A DNA stretch of 64,000 nucleotides, taken from contig JAEXYH010000071.1 in the NCBI GenBank assembly GCA_023451735.1, positions 135,497-199,496 of the forward strand, written 5' to 3'. The position numbers and the translations under genes are program-made. Source of the DNA: Pseudomonadota bacterium (GTDB lineage: Bacteria > Pseudomonadota > Alphaproteobacteria > Rhizobiales > Rhizobiaceae). The notes beneath the pieces were generated by a model. It searched no databases and was not told the DNA's origin. It worked only from the letters and a program-made list of their open reading frames with translations. This document shows positions 29,514 through 39,776 of the stretch, piece after piece. The stretch's first letter is position 1. Every line of letters starts with the position of its first letter.

Positions 29514-29579
29514 ATGCTGTATTTGACAGGGCAGCGAGCCGGTCGATCCATTCGGCTCGCCGCGCCCCTTCCCGTACGC

Positions 29580-30242
29580 TCAATAAGCTGAACGGATGGA
29601 ACTTTCACGTATCGCTTCGTTCCAGGCAATCGCCGCGGCAGTCCTGTTGCTGACGTTAAGTTTGGTGAAAATGCGCGTCATATGATGCTTCACAGTCTTT
29701 TCATGCAGGTCTAGCTCGATCGCTATCGCCTTGTTGCTGAGACCTTCCGCAGCCAAGCCCAGAACCTCGCGCTCCCGCGTCGTCAAGTCCCGCATGGCAG
29801 CGATCAGGCTGTCATCGCCGGCAGCAGCCATCGGTTCTGAAAGAAGCTTTGCCGAAAGGGCCGGCGCCACATAACCTTCTCCGGCAGCAATCGAGCGAAG
29901 AATTTCCGCAAGAGAGCCTGACCCTATTCCCTTAAGCACATAACCTTTGGCGCCATCCTGCAGGGCTTGGCGGATGTCGTCACTGGTTTCCGATACGGTC
30001 AGCATCACGATATTCTGGTCAGGACGCTCGGCAAGTATCGGGGCGATTGCGCCCAGGCCGCCACCCGGCATGGATATATCCATCAGGAGTATGTCAGGTT
30101 GGTGCCGCTGCGCGATTTCGATTGCGTCGTCACGGCTTCCTCCCTCGGCGACGATGTCGAAGCCGAGTTCAGTCAATGTGCGCGCCACACCTTCTCTGAA
30201 GAGTGGATGATCATCGCATACGGCAACCCGCAGATCGGTCAT
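29580..30242 (-). CDS. NarL/LuxR-family response regulator
   Basis: DDHPLFREG, MDISMPG and LTTREREVL...GLSNKAIA..L...EKTVK motifs. Confidence 0.93.
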   Translation of the reverse strand: MTDLRVAVCDDHPLFREGVARTLTELGFDIVAEGGSRDDAIEIAQRHQPDILLMDISMPGGGLGAIAPILAERPDQNIVMLTVSETSDDIRQALQDGAKGYVLKGIGSGSLAEILRSIAAGEGYVAPALSAKLLSEPMAAAGDDSLIAAMRDLTTREREVLGLAAEGLSNKAIAIELDLHEKTVKHHMTRIFTKLNVSNRTAAAIAWNEAIRESSIRSAY

Positions 30243-31642
30243 CAAGTTTTCTCCGTTTCGCAAATCTTCAGCGACATTGTCACCGTGGTGCCACCGCTAT
30301 TTGAAACAATGCCGAACTGGCCGCCAAGGCTTTCGATCCGTTCTCGCAAGCCCGCAATGCCGAGGCTGGTTGGTTTGACCAATGCCGGATCGAAACCGGG
30401 CCCGGTGTCGACGACATCCACCACAACGCAATCCCGCTCCAAACGTTGCAGCACCTTCTGTCCCGATCCTTCGGCATGTCGCCAACCATTGTTAAGCGCT
30501 TCCTGAACGAAGCGGTAGACACATATCTTTTCTGCGGCGCTTGGATGCCAGTCGACTGCGGCCAATGTAAGGGCTACGGAAATTCCTGTTCGCTCCCGAT
30601 AGCGCTGTACGGCTTGCGAGATCACGTCCTGAAAATTCGCGGTTTCGATTTCCGGAAGGATGAGATCGTGGCAGATGCTGCGGATCTCCCGCATGGCTTC
30701 CTGAAGGCTGGTCTTGATCGAGGAGACTTCCGCCTCCCTTGTCTCGCGAAGCGCTTGGGCGCCGAGAATGGCCGGGCTGTCGATGCGCAACGAGGCATAG
30801 GCGATAAGCTGTGCCGGACCGTCATGGAGATCTGCACCAAGCCGCCTCAAAAATCGCTCGTTGAGCGCGGTTGTTCTTTGGTTCGCTTTCTGAACGCGGG
30901 CATGCAGTTGACGGTTCTGCTTGAGAAGATGGGAGAGCTCACCGACCCGGGCATTGAGAAGGCCACGCTGAAGTTCAATGAGGCGGCTGCCGCGAAACAC
31001 GATCAGCGACAGCAGGGAGAAAATTGCCGCGATCACGGCGATGACGGCCAACCACGCGCGCAATCTTGCACTTTGCAGGCTTCGCTCGAAATCGGTCGCC
31101 ACCTCATAAAATTCCGAAACGGCAACAACTTCCCCTGACCATGGCTGAAGTACAGGATTGTAGATCTCCAGAAGCGGATGCGGCTGATCGCCCAGTGCTG
31201 CCGCTTCTTCCGGATCGATTTCGTTGAATTCGGAAACCATTTTTCCCGAGAATGCCGTATTGAGGTCCTTGCTCGGAGTGAGTTTCTGCCCCATCAACCT
31301 CTTGTCGTTTGCGTAAAGGATCGTGCCGTCCTTGCGCCAGAGCCGGAATGAAACGAGGCGTTGACCGAGTGCTCCCTGCGACAGGGTCTCATCGAGTGCG
31401 CGTTCGATCGACTCGTCAAGTTTCTCGGTCGTTGTCATGTCGGGCAGGATCGGAGCGATGATGCTGTCGACATAAAGAGCGGTGGATGCGGCCGAGTTTC
31501 GTGTAACCGCCTCTTCGATCAGGCTGGCGACAAATGTGCCGACAATCAGCGTCGCAATGACGGAAATGAACCCGCCGACAAGCAGAAACTGGCGGGCGAG
31601 CGATTGTCCGTTCCAATGAGCAATAACGTTGGGCAGGCGCAC
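30242..31642 (-). CDS. Sensor histidine kinase (HisKA_3 type)
   Basis: Two TM segments, ADLHDGPAQ, QEALNN..RHA, D.GPGF and LG..GLRER motifs. Start placed at GTG 31642. Confidence 0.88.
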   Translation of the reverse strand: MRLPNVIAHWNGQSLARQFLLVGGFISVIATLIVGTFVASLIEEAVTRNSAASTALYVDSIIAPILPDMTTTEKLDESIERALDETLSQGALGQRLVSFRLWRKDGTILYANDKRLMGQKLTPSKDLNTAFSGKMVSEFNEIDPEEAAALGDQPHPLLEIYNPVLQPWSGEVVAVSEFYEVATDFERSLQSARLRAWLAVIAVIAAIFSLLSLIVFRGSRLIELQRGLLNARVGELSHLLKQNRQLHARVQKANQRTTALNERFLRRLGADLHDGPAQLIAYASLRIDSPAILGAQALRETREAEVSSIKTSLQEAMREIRSICHDLILPEIETANFQDVISQAVQRYRERTGISVALTLAAVDWHPSAAEKICVYRFVQEALNNGWRHAEGSGQKVLQRLERDCVVVDVVDTGPGFDPALVKPTSLGIAGLRERIESLGGQFGIVSNSGGTTVTMSLKICETEKT

Positions 31643-31770
31643 GAGAGCCTCGGAGGGGTGTAGGAGCAAAAGATAATTAAGGCTTGGCTTCAAGGCGTCA
31701 ATGGGGCCGCCTGTTCGCGTTTTGCCCGGATGGACCAAAGTCGCATCCTCGAACGCAAAGGTCCCGGTGC

Positions 31771-31796
31771 GGAACGGCTCCAGTGGCACGGCGTTT
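31771..31796 (+). promoter_or_regulatory. Putative sigma-EcfG promoter
   Basis: GGAAC-N16-CGTTT about 30 nt upstream of the 31826 start. Confidence 0.7.
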
Positions 31797-31825
31797 CGCT
31801 GCCATCGCAAACAGGGAGTTGTGTG

Positions 31826-32218
31826 ATGAAAAAGATGATCCTGGTGTCCGCTGCCCTTGCAGCTTTCGCGACCGGTGCCGCAGCTCAACAGAGCACGGTA
31901 AATGGCGCCGTCGGTGGTGCCGTAACCGGTGCGATCGTAGGTGGCCCGGTTGGGGCCGCCGTGGGTGGTATCGTAGGCGCCGCTGCAGGCACCGCGATCG
32001 ATCCGCCGCCGGAGCGTGTGGTCCGTTATGTTGAAGCTCAGCCGATGCCGACACAGCCGGTTGTCATCCAGGAGCGGGTGGTCGTTGGCCAGCCTATCCC
32101 GCAACAGGTGGTGCTGACGCCGATTCCAGAAGATCCGACCTATGCCTATGCGGTGGTCAACCAGCAGCGCGTGATCGTTGATCCCCAGACCCACACTGTG
32201 GTCCGCATCATCAACTGA
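31826..32218 (+). CDS. Secreted DUF1236-like protein
   Basis: Signal peptide, glycine zipper (GAVTGAIVGGPVGAAVGG) and YAYAVVNQQRVIVDP motif. Confidence 0.8.
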   Translation: MKKMILVSAALAAFATGAAAQQSTVNGAVGGAVTGAIVGGPVGAAVGGIVGAAAGTAIDPPPERVVRYVEAQPMPTQPVVIQERVVVGQPIPQQVVLTPIPEDPTYAYAVVNQQRVIVDPQTHTVVRIIN

Positions 32219-32237
32219 TAGCTATCGGCAATCGCAT

Positions 32238-32270
32238 AAAAAGGCGCCCGCTCCCAGCGGGCGCTTTTTT
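32238..32270 (+). terminator. Rho-independent terminator, probably bidirectional
   Basis: AAAAAGGCGCCCGCT-ccc-AGCGGGCGCTTTTT. Confidence 0.8.
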
Positions 32271-32346
32271 ATGCGGCCAAGATATTCAGCTGACTATGCT
32301 GGAATTCGTGGCTTTCGCCTCCATGGGGAAGAGGGCCGCTTGATGC

Positions 32347-32374
32347 AAAAGAGACGCATGTTGCCATGCGTCTC
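32347..32374 (-). terminator. Rho-independent terminator after the solute-binding protein gene
   Basis: Minus strand reads GAGACGCATG-gcaa-CATGCGTCTC-TTTT. Confidence 0.7.
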
Positions 32375-32399
32375 TCCCTCGAAACAACGGTCCGGAGTA

Positions 32400-33995
32400 T
32401 TAACGCTGTTTCGTGACCCCTTCGAAGCGGGAAAGCCAGGGGTTGACGATCATGCCGCCGATATCGCTTCGGAATGCGGCCGTGTCCACCACTTCCGAGA
32501 ACGGCTGGAGAGACATGACGATCTCTTCCATATAGTTCTGGATGTCCTCATAGGCCTTGGTCTGCTTTGCCGGGTCGCGCTCGACCAGCGCATCGCCGAT
32601 CATCTTGTTGAGCTTCTCGTCGTAGAAGCTGGTGCGCCAGCCCTGATAGTTGGTGAGCTTGGCCTCATCGGAATTGTCCGGGTTGTAAGCGAGCGCACGC
32701 AGGTTGTTGTCCGGGTGCGGCTGCTGACCGCCGCCGCCACGACCGACGAGAAGCTCGAATTTGCGTTCACGCATTGCGCCATAGATCTGATCGCCAGAGC
32801 CGGTGATCAGTTCGGTCTGGATGCCTGCCTGCCCGAGCGTGTTCTGGATAGCGGTTGCGGCCTTCATGAAGGGGTCCTCCGATAGGACCCGAAGCGTCGT
32901 TTTGAAACCATTCGGATAACCAGCTTCCGCCAGGAGAGCCTTTGCCTTTGCGACATCGAGCCTGTAGCCCGGGTCCGGCAGAGAGCCCATCACATCGGTG
33001 CTGATCTGGCGCTGGCGCACCTTGCCGTAATAGGGCATGACGGCCTTATCCAGGCCTTCGTAATCAATCAGGTATCGAAGCGCTTCGCGCACCTTGGGCT
33101 TGGCAAACCGTTCATCCTTCATCGACACGCCGAGATAGTAGAAGCCTGAACCAGGCGTCGACTCGATCTTGATCTCAGCATTGGTTTCGAGCGACTTGAG
33201 ATCTGGCGCCTGCAACGAGTAGGCGACATCGATGTCGCCCTTTTCGAGCATCAGCCGCTGCGACTGCGATTCCGGCAGATGGCGCATGAGCACACGCTTC
33301 ATCGCCGGCGCTTCGCCCCAATAATCGCCGTTGCGGGTGAGAATGATATATTCGTTGGACTTCCACTGACCGAGCGTGAACGGGCCGGAGCCCGCGGAAT
33401 TCAAGGTCAGCCAACCGGCGCCGAGATCACCGTCCTTCTCGTTTTCAAGCACGGCTTTGCTGTCGATGATCGAACCCGGACCATTCTGCGCCAGTACCAT
33501 CAGGACAAGGTTCGGGTCATCCGGCTGCGGTAGGTTCAGAACAAAGGTGCTCTCATCTTCGGCAACGAAGAGCTTGTCGGCAGCTTCTGCGGTAAAACCG
33601 CGGGTCTTTAGCAGAGAGGCCTGGGCGAGGTTGCGGGTGAGAAGGCGTTTCAGGCTCCAGACCACGTCATTGGCCGTTACCGGATTGCCGGATGCGAAGG
33701 TCGCCTTGCGCAGGTGGAAGCGAATGGACATGCGGTCCTCCGAGATCTCCCAGCGTTCCGCAATGCGTGGCTGTATCGAGCGATCCTTGTCGCTGAGGAT
33801 GACCAGCGTGTCGTAGATGTTATTCAACACCTGCACCGTCTCGCGACCGGTAATGGCGGCGGGATCGAGTGTCAGGATGTTGTTCATGGTCGTTGCAACG
33901 ACCAGTTGGTCTTTCGGCGTTTCCGCCAGAGCGCTCAGAGGGATGGCGCCGAGCAGGAGCGCTCCGACGGCTGCAGTCGCAAAAAAATGTCGCAT
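32400..33995 (-). CDS. ABC transporter substrate-binding protein, family 5 (Dpp/Opp-like)
   Basis: Signal peptide, TLDPA, F.SGNPVTANDVVWS, AGSGPF and KVREALRYLIDY motifs. Confidence 0.9.
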   Translation of the reverse strand: MRHFFATAAVGALLLGAIPLSALAETPKDQLVVATTMNNILTLDPAAITGRETVQVLNNIYDTLVILSDKDRSIQPRIAERWEISEDRMSIRFHLRKATFASGNPVTANDVVWSLKRLLTRNLAQASLLKTRGFTAEAADKLFVAEDESTFVLNLPQPDDPNLVLMVLAQNGPGSIIDSKAVLENEKDGDLGAGWLTLNSAGSGPFTLGQWKSNEYIILTRNGDYWGEAPAMKRVLMRHLPESQSQRLMLEKGDIDVAYSLQAPDLKSLETNAEIKIESTPGSGFYYLGVSMKDERFAKPKVREALRYLIDYEGLDKAVMPYYGKVRQRQISTDVMGSLPDPGYRLDVAKAKALLAEAGYPNGFKTTLRVLSEDPFMKAATAIQNTLGQAGIQTELITGSGDQIYGAMRERKFELLVGRGGGGQQPHPDNNLRALAYNPDNSDEAKLTNYQGWRTSFYDEKLNKMIGDALVERDPAKQTKAYEDIQNYMEEIVMSLQPFSEVVDTAAFRSDIGGMIVNPWLSRFEGVTKQR

Positions 33996-34083
33996 GTTTC
34001 CTCCATTTGGTGCCGTTCCTAGCGGAATACGGCCCTCCACGATTTCGATCTGCCCGGCAGCAAAATCCTCCTAAGCCGGCCGA

Positions 34084-34713
34084 TCACCTCAGAATATTCG
34101 CCACCGGGGCTGCGAGAGCCCGGCCCAGTGCCTCTGTGTTTGCGGCGTCGAGATGCACCCCGTCGATCGGCGAGGCGCTTGCGACGCTGCCCGCGTCGAA
34201 GAAGTCGTGTCCAAGCTCTGCGGCAAGTTTGCTGTAAAGCGAGGCTAACCGCTGCGATTCAGCAATGCTGCGTCCTCCGGCTATCTGACCACTATTGCCC
34301 GTCAAGCACGGCGGCGGTGCAACGATCATCAACCGGGGGAGTGCCGACCGGGGCTTGTAGGGAAATGTCTCGACGATCTCCGCAAGCCGGCGCATGCCGG
34401 AAAACGCCGCCTCGGCCCGGCCGCCATGGGCCGGTTTCAGGTCATTGGTGCCCAGCATCACGATGACGAGGTCCAGCGGCATATGTACAGCAAGCGCCAC
34501 CGAAAGCGCCCGGGCGCCGTTGCGGCAGGCCGGGCCGGTATGGTCATCGTAACAGGTGGTGCGGCCGCCGAGCCCATCGGACAAGACGTCCACCCGTTGA
34601 CCGAGCTCGGCTTTCAACACCTCCGGCCAGCGATGCCGACGCGGATGGCGCAGACCCGTTTTCGGATCGGCTCCCCAGGTCAGGCTGTCGCCGAAAGCCA
34701 GAAGCGTCTTCAT
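34084..34713 (-). CDS. SGNH/GDSL hydrolase (arylesterase-like)
   Basis: FGDSLTWG, GLGGRT, MLGTND and DGVH motifs. Confidence 0.92.
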   Translation of the reverse strand: MKTLLAFGDSLTWGADPKTGLRHPRRHRWPEVLKAELGQRVDVLSDGLGGRTTCYDDHTGPACRNGARALSVALAVHMPLDLVIVMLGTNDLKPAHGGRAEAAFSGMRRLAEIVETFPYKPRSALPRLMIVAPPPCLTGNSGQIAGGRSIAESQRLASLYSKLAAELGHDFFDAGSVASASPIDGVHLDAANTEALGRALAAPVANILR

Positions 34714-34716
34714 CGC

Positions 34717-35865
34717 TTACTTCACCCGATTGTTTTCGATGAAGTCGAAGTCGATGTCTTCGCCGAGGCCCGGACGATCGGGCACATGAACGTAACCGTC
34801 GCTGTCCATCGGGTCGGAGAGCGATTTCAGATAGTCGTGGCCATCGTCATATTCGAGGAAGGGATGAAGCAGGCCGCGCTCGTACCAGCGGCAATTTTTC
34901 ACCGCGGCCACGACATGCAGGTTCATCGCCGTGTTGCCATGCACCTCGCACTCGATCCCGAAGGACTCGGCCATGTGCAGCGTCTTCAGGGCCGGCGTAA
35001 TGCCGCCGACGTCATTGACGCCAGTGCGCAGGATATCGCAGGCGCCGGACTTCACCCATTCAGCACGATGCCAATGCTTGCCGGCGGCGCTTTCAGGGCC
35101 GACAACCGGAATATCCAGATTATCGGCGAGCCACTTGTATGATGACATGGACTGTTCATCCATTGGCTCCTCGATCCAGTCAAAGCCGAGCTTCTCCAGT
35201 CCACGTCCGAGTTCGAGCGCATCGGTTCGCGAATACCAATGGAAGGCATCGATCATGAGGCGGATATCGGGGCCAACGGCCTCGCGCACGGCGGCACAAG
35301 CTTTAATATCCATCTTGACATCCGGTGCCCAGCTGACCGGTGGCATCCAAGTGTGTAGTTTTATGCCTTTATAACCACGTTTTACCAACGTTTCAGCGAA
35401 GCGGCCGTAATCCTCAGGCGTCGCCAGGCCGCCTTCGATCTCGTCGCCGCACATGATCGAGCCATAGGCAAGCACCTTGTCACGATAGGCGCCGATCAAC
35501 TTGTAAACAGGTGTGTCGACCGCTCGCCCGGCAAGATCCCAAAGCGCGCAATCGACAACCGCTAAGGTGCGATCGGTCAATTGGGCGGCGGAACCGCGTT
35601 GCCAATGGGCAAGATCTTGCCACAACCGTTCACGATCGCGGTAATCCTGTCCGATCAAGACTTTCTTGACGAATTTTTCGATGACATGGGGGCGAACGAT
35701 CTCGGGGGCGGTGAAGGAGTGACCTTCGTGGCCATCATCCGTGCGGATGGTCAGCATCGCCTGCTCGACCTGATGCGGCGGACCGGGGTGCGCATGACCG
35801 GCGCTGTCGGAATGCCGACGGGTGGTCGTGCGGAACACGCGGACTTCAACGTCGGTGATGATCAT
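34717..35865 (-). CDS. Mandelate racemase / enolase superfamily enzyme (probable acid-sugar dehydratase or isomerase)
   Basis: VDCALWDLAG, KGIKLH, MIDA, WIEEP and PDRPGLG motifs. Confidence 0.88.
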   Translation of the reverse strand: MIITDVEVRVFRTTTRRHSDSAGHAHPGPPHQVEQAMLTIRTDDGHEGHSFTAPEIVRPHVIEKFVKKVLIGQDYRDRERLWQDLAHWQRGSAAQLTDRTLAVVDCALWDLAGRAVDTPVYKLIGAYRDKVLAYGSIMCGDEIEGGLATPEDYGRFAETLVKRGYKGIKLHTWMPPVSWAPDVKMDIKACAAVREAVGPDIRLMIDAFHWYSRTDALELGRGLEKLGFDWIEEPMDEQSMSSYKWLADNLDIPVVGPESAAGKHWHRAEWVKSGACDILRTGVNDVGGITPALKTLHMAESFGIECEVHGNTAMNLHVVAAVKNCRWYERGLLHPFLEYDDGHDYLKSLSDPMDSDGYVHVPDRPGLGEDIDFDFIENNRVK

Positions 35866-36143
35866 GTTTCCTCCCAGAGATATTTTCACCTGCCTGACAG
35901 ATTTAGACATCTGAAGGCCTGCATGTCAAATACGTTTTGCGATCCTGTTGTTTTCTCGTGGGGTTTGCTGTGTTCTGGCAGATAGGCCGATGTCCGATAC
36001 AGAGCGGCCCGGCAGGATTTTTGTCGGCGACCATGAAAAAAAGACGATTTCACGGGAAATCGGATTTATTCAAATTGTCGCTTCGAGAATGAATATCCGT
36101 GACGAAAACCACTCGCGACGAATGTGCCTTGACCCAGAAACGC

Positions 36144-36153
36144 TTGTCATACA
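36144..36153. promoter_or_regulatory. Putative GntR/FadR-family operator upstream of kduI
   Basis: TTGTCATACA within the promoter spacer after TTGACC. Same motif as upstream of udh. Confidence 0.55.
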
Positions 36154-36197
36154 GACATAAGAAATACATACTATGAGTTGATCAGCTGTAAAAGGAG

Positions 36198-37028
36198 ATG
36201 TCCATGCTCACCGTCGAAACAAGGCACGCCGTGCACCCGGCTCAGGCAAAAGCCATGAATACCGAGGAGCTTCGCGCGCATTTTCTTACCCCGGAGATGT
36301 TCAGGGACGGTGAAATCCGGTTGGTATATACGCATTACGACCGCTTCATCATGGGTGGCGCCGTTCCCAACGGCGGCGAGCTGGTGCTCGACAAGGTCGA
36401 AGAAACCAAGACACCTTCGCTGCTTGATCGCCGGGAAATGGGTATCGTCAATATCGGTGACACGGGCACCGTCAGTATTGCAGGCGAAACATGGGAGTTG
36501 CAGCGCGGAGACGTGCTCTATCTCGGCATGGGTGCGGGTGCTGTGACGTTCAGCGGGGCAGGGCGTTTCTACATCACGTCCTGCCCGGCACATCGTTCCT
36601 GCCCGAATCGCCTGATAACTAAGGCAGACAGCAAAGAGGTAAAGCTCGGTGCGGCCGAGACTTCCAACAAGCGCACGATCAACCAGTTCATCCATCCGCT
36701 GGTCATGGAAAGCTGCCAGCTTGTGCTTGGCTATACGGAACTCGAGGACGGTTCCGTCTGGAACACGATCCCTTCGCACATCCATGATCGCCGCATGGAA
36801 GCCTATCTCTATTTCGGCATGGAGCAGAAATCCCGCGTGCTGCATCTGATGGGCGAACCACAGGAAACCCGTCACCTTTTCATCGGCAATGAAGAGGGCG
36901 CGATATCACCGCCGTGGTCGATCCATTCGGGGGCAGGCATCGGCAGCTATACATTTATCTGGGCAATGGCCGGCGACAATATCGACTATACCGATATGGA
37001 TTTCATCCAGCCCGAGGACCTTCGGTAA
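36198..37028 (+). CDS. kduI: 5-dehydro-4-deoxy-D-glucuronate isomerase
   Basis: YTHYDR, WNTIPSHIHDRRMEAYLYF, SPPWSIHSG and FIWAMAGDN motifs. Confidence 0.95.
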   Translation: MSMLTVETRHAVHPAQAKAMNTEELRAHFLTPEMFRDGEIRLVYTHYDRFIMGGAVPNGGELVLDKVEETKTPSLLDRREMGIVNIGDTGTVSIAGETWELQRGDVLYLGMGAGAVTFSGAGRFYITSCPAHRSCPNRLITKADSKEVKLGAAETSNKRTINQFIHPLVMESCQLVLGYTELEDGSVWNTIPSHIHDRRMEAYLYFGMEQKSRVLHLMGEPQETRHLFIGNEEGAISPPWSIHSGAGIGSYTFIWAMAGDNIDYTDMDFIQPEDLR

Positions 37029-37683
37029 GCAGTTTGCTTGTGGGCGAGGGCAGCAAGGCCCTCGTCACCAACCCAACACGGTTAGGCCGTTGGGGCGATG
37101 AACTCGGCCTGGCCAGTAACCGGCCCCACGATGTTATGAGGCTTTCTCGTTTTTGGATATAGCCCGGATATTTCTTCGATATGGTTGGCCGTCGCGTCGA
37201 AATATCGATGTATGATGTCGATCCAGCGACTTGATTGCGCAAGACTAGCGATCGGCCTGCTGTAATCTGCCAGCCTTCATTCTTTGTCGTCATCATGTCC
37301 AGATAGGAATCGAGCTCTCTTCTGTGGCTGTGTCTGGTTTTCCGATTTTGGTGTCGCGTTGTTCTGCCACTCTATCCTCAGCTAATTTATCTTTCTGACA
37401 AACACCCCAATCTCCGTTGGCGACCTTATCGCCGTCCCGAAGCGGACCAGAAGTTGTTTTGGCGCAGCTTTTTCTCTGTCTGTGTCTGCGCGTTACGCTG
37501 TGGCATAACGCCTTAAAAGTTGCCGGAATGCCTGACGCAAATCGCGGTGGCTCTTCGACTTGCTTCAGATTCCGCAATCAACTGTTTGGAACAGCCACCG
37601 TTCTGCTCGGAGAATTGAGAAGGTATGGGCACCTGATGGTTGCCCACGCCTCCTTCTGCGAAGCACGTGGTTTTCCAGTGTCT

Positions 37684-38856
37684 TCAGAGGCTTTCGACGC
37701 AGAGCGCGATGCCCATGCCGCCGCCGATGCAGAGTGTTGCGAGACCCTTTCTTGCGTTGCGGGCTTTCAGCGCATGCAGCAGCGTAACCAGAACACGCGC
37801 ACCGGACGCGCCGATCGGATGGCCGATGGCGATCGCACCGCCATTGACATTGACCTTGGCCGGATCCCAGCCGAGATCCCTGTTGACCGATAGCGCCTGC
37901 GCCGCAAAGGCTTCGTTCGCCTCGATCAGGTCGAGATCGTCGATGCTCCAGCCGGCCCGTTCCAGCGCCTTGCGCGAGGCGGGGATCGGACCGGTTCCCA
38001 TGATCGCCGCATCGACGCCCATCGTGGCGAAGGAAGCGATCCGGGCAAGCGGCGTCAGGCCGCGGCGGGCGGCTTCGTCCTCCCGCATCAGCACGACGGC
38101 GGCTGCGCCGTCGTTGAGGCCCGAGGCATTGCCGGCCGTGACCGTGCCGTCCTTCCTGAAGGCCGGCCGAAGACCGGCCAGCGTTTCCAGCGTCGTGGCC
38201 CGCGGGTTCTCGTCGGTATCGACAACGACGTCGCCCTTACGGGTTTTGATCGTGACCGGAACGATTTCTTCGCTGAACCGGCCGTCTGCGATGGCAGCTG
38301 CAGCCTTGGTCTGCGAGGCGAGCGCAAAAGCATCCTGTTCCTCGCGGGTGAGATTGTATTTCTCGGCGACGTTTTCGGCGGTGATACCCATGTGGTAGTC
38401 GTTGAAGGCGTCCCACAACCCGTCCCTGATCATCGTGTCGACGAACTCGGCCGAGCCCATCTTGACGCCTGAGCGCAGGACTGCGGCATGCGGGGCAAGG
38501 CTCATGTTCTCCTGGCCACCGGCAACAACGATATCGGCATCGCCGGCAAGAATCGACTGCGCGCCGAGTGCCACGGCACGCAGGCCCGAACCGCAGACCT
38601 GGTTGATGGTGAGGGCGGAGGCGCTCATCGGAATACCGGCGGTAACGGCTGCCTGGCGGGCGGTGTTCTGGCCCTGGCCGGCGCTCAGCACATGGCCGAG
38701 CACGACATCGGAGACGGTCGACGCCTCGAGCTTGGCGCGGTCCAGAACCTCGCGGATGACGATCGAACCCAGTTCGCTTGCGGGCAGGGTGGACAGGCCA
38801 CCCATGAACTTGCCGATCGCCGTGCGGGCGGCCGATACGATTACGATATTGCTCAT
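37684..38856 (-). CDS. Acetyl-CoA C-acetyltransferase (thiolase II)
   Basis: [20 protein letters not shown] and LCIGGGMG motifs. Confidence 0.95.
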   Translation of the reverse strand: MSNIVIVSAARTAIGKFMGGLSTLPASELGSIVIREVLDRAKLEASTVSDVVLGHVLSAGQGQNTARQAAVTAGIPMSASALTINQVCGSGLRAVALGAQSILAGDADIVVAGGQENMSLAPHAAVLRSGVKMGSAEFVDTMIRDGLWDAFNDYHMGITAENVAEKYNLTREEQDAFALASQTKAAAAIADGRFSEEIVPVTIKTRKGDVVVDTDENPRATTLETLAGLRPAFRKDGTVTAGNASGLNDGAAAVVLMREDEAARRGLTPLARIASFATMGVDAAIMGTGPIPASRKALERAGWSIDDLDLIEANEAFAAQALSVNRDLGWDPAKVNVNGGAIAIGHPIGASGARVLVTLLHALKARNARKGLATLCIGGGMGIALCVESL

Positions 38857-39071
38857 GGTTTTTCCAATCCTGCCGCATGATCCACCGACCGTTCAAGCCC
38901 GGATCCGCGGCGAAAGAGAGAACATGGCGCAGACGAAATCCGCGCCTCGACATTAGGGCGGCACGATCAGCACGCGTCGCCAGGGTTCAAATTGTTTGGC
39001 TCCTGTTTCTACGCATGTCTGTCGAAACCGGTAGCCCCTTTTCGGCTGATAGGCACCATGGCCGAAATGAA

Positions 39072-39108
39072 GCGGGAGAGGCGACGGAGGAGGATACGCC
39101 CCTCCCGC
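39072..39108. other. Intergenic hairpin between the CoA-transferase B and thiolase genes
   Basis: GCGGGAGAGGCG...CGCCCCTCCCGC inverted repeat. Confidence 0.5.
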
Positions 39109-39119
39109 AAACCGACAGG

Positions 39120-39776
39120 TCAGGCTGTGATGCCCATCACGCCTGGAGCCTTCGGCATTAACAGTCTGGCTTCGGATGCAGCGAGTACCTCGTCGACCGT
39201 TACGCCGGGAGCCGTTTCCACGAGCACCAGTCCTTCATCGGTCGGCTGGATCACCGCCAGTTCCGTGACCACCAGATCGACACGACGAACCGAGGTCAGG
39301 GGCAGGGTGCATTTTTTGATGATCTTCGCTGCGCCCTTGGCCGTGTGGGTCATGGCGACGATGACGCGCTTGGCGCCGGAGACAAGATCCATCGCGCCGC
39401 CCATGCCCGGTACCATCTTGCCCGGCACCATCCAGTTTGCGAGCTGACCTTCCTCGTCGACCTGCAAGCCGCCGAGCACGGTGACATCGAGGTGGCCTCC
39501 ACGGATCAGCGCGAAGGACATGGCGCTATCGAAGGCGCAGGCGCCCGGCAAGGCGCCGATCGGCATGCCGCCGGCATCGGTCAGGTTGGCGCCGGCCAGA
39601 GCCGGATCGGGAAGCGCGCTCATGCCGATAATACCGTTTTCCGACTGGAACGAGATGCCGGCATCGGCAGGCAGATAGCTTGCAACCATGGTGGGAAGCC
39701 CGATCCCCAGATTGACCAGGTCGCCGCGCTTCAGTTCCAGCGCAACGCGCCGGGCGATGATTTCCTTTTCGTTCAT
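39120..39776 (-). CDS. 3-oxoacid (acetoacetate-type) CoA-transferase subunit B
   Basis: VNLGIGLPT, QSENG (catalytic Glu) and GMGGAMDL motifs. Confidence 0.93.
   Translation of the reverse strand: MNEKEIIARRVALELKRGDLVNLGIGLPTMVASYLPADAGISFQSENGIIGMSALPDPALAGANLTDAGGMPIGALPGACAFDSAMSFALIRGGHLDVTVLGGLQVDEEGQLANWMVPGKMVPGMGGAMDLVSGAKRVIVAMTHTAKGAAKIIKKCTLPLTSVRRVDLVVTELAVIQPTDEGLVLVETAPGVTVDEVLAASEARLLMPKAPGVMGITA

Noticed and set aside
31643..32194. N-terminal extension making the kinase 650 aa
   Set aside because: It is antisense to the DUF1236-like gene and its promoter. Kinase-like sequence begins only near 31642.
37030..37680. Lower-GC gap between kduI and thiolase with short ORFs, a possible IS or gene remnant
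   Set aside because: I found no terminal inverted repeats, transposase motifs or identifiable protein fragment, so it is left unassigned.
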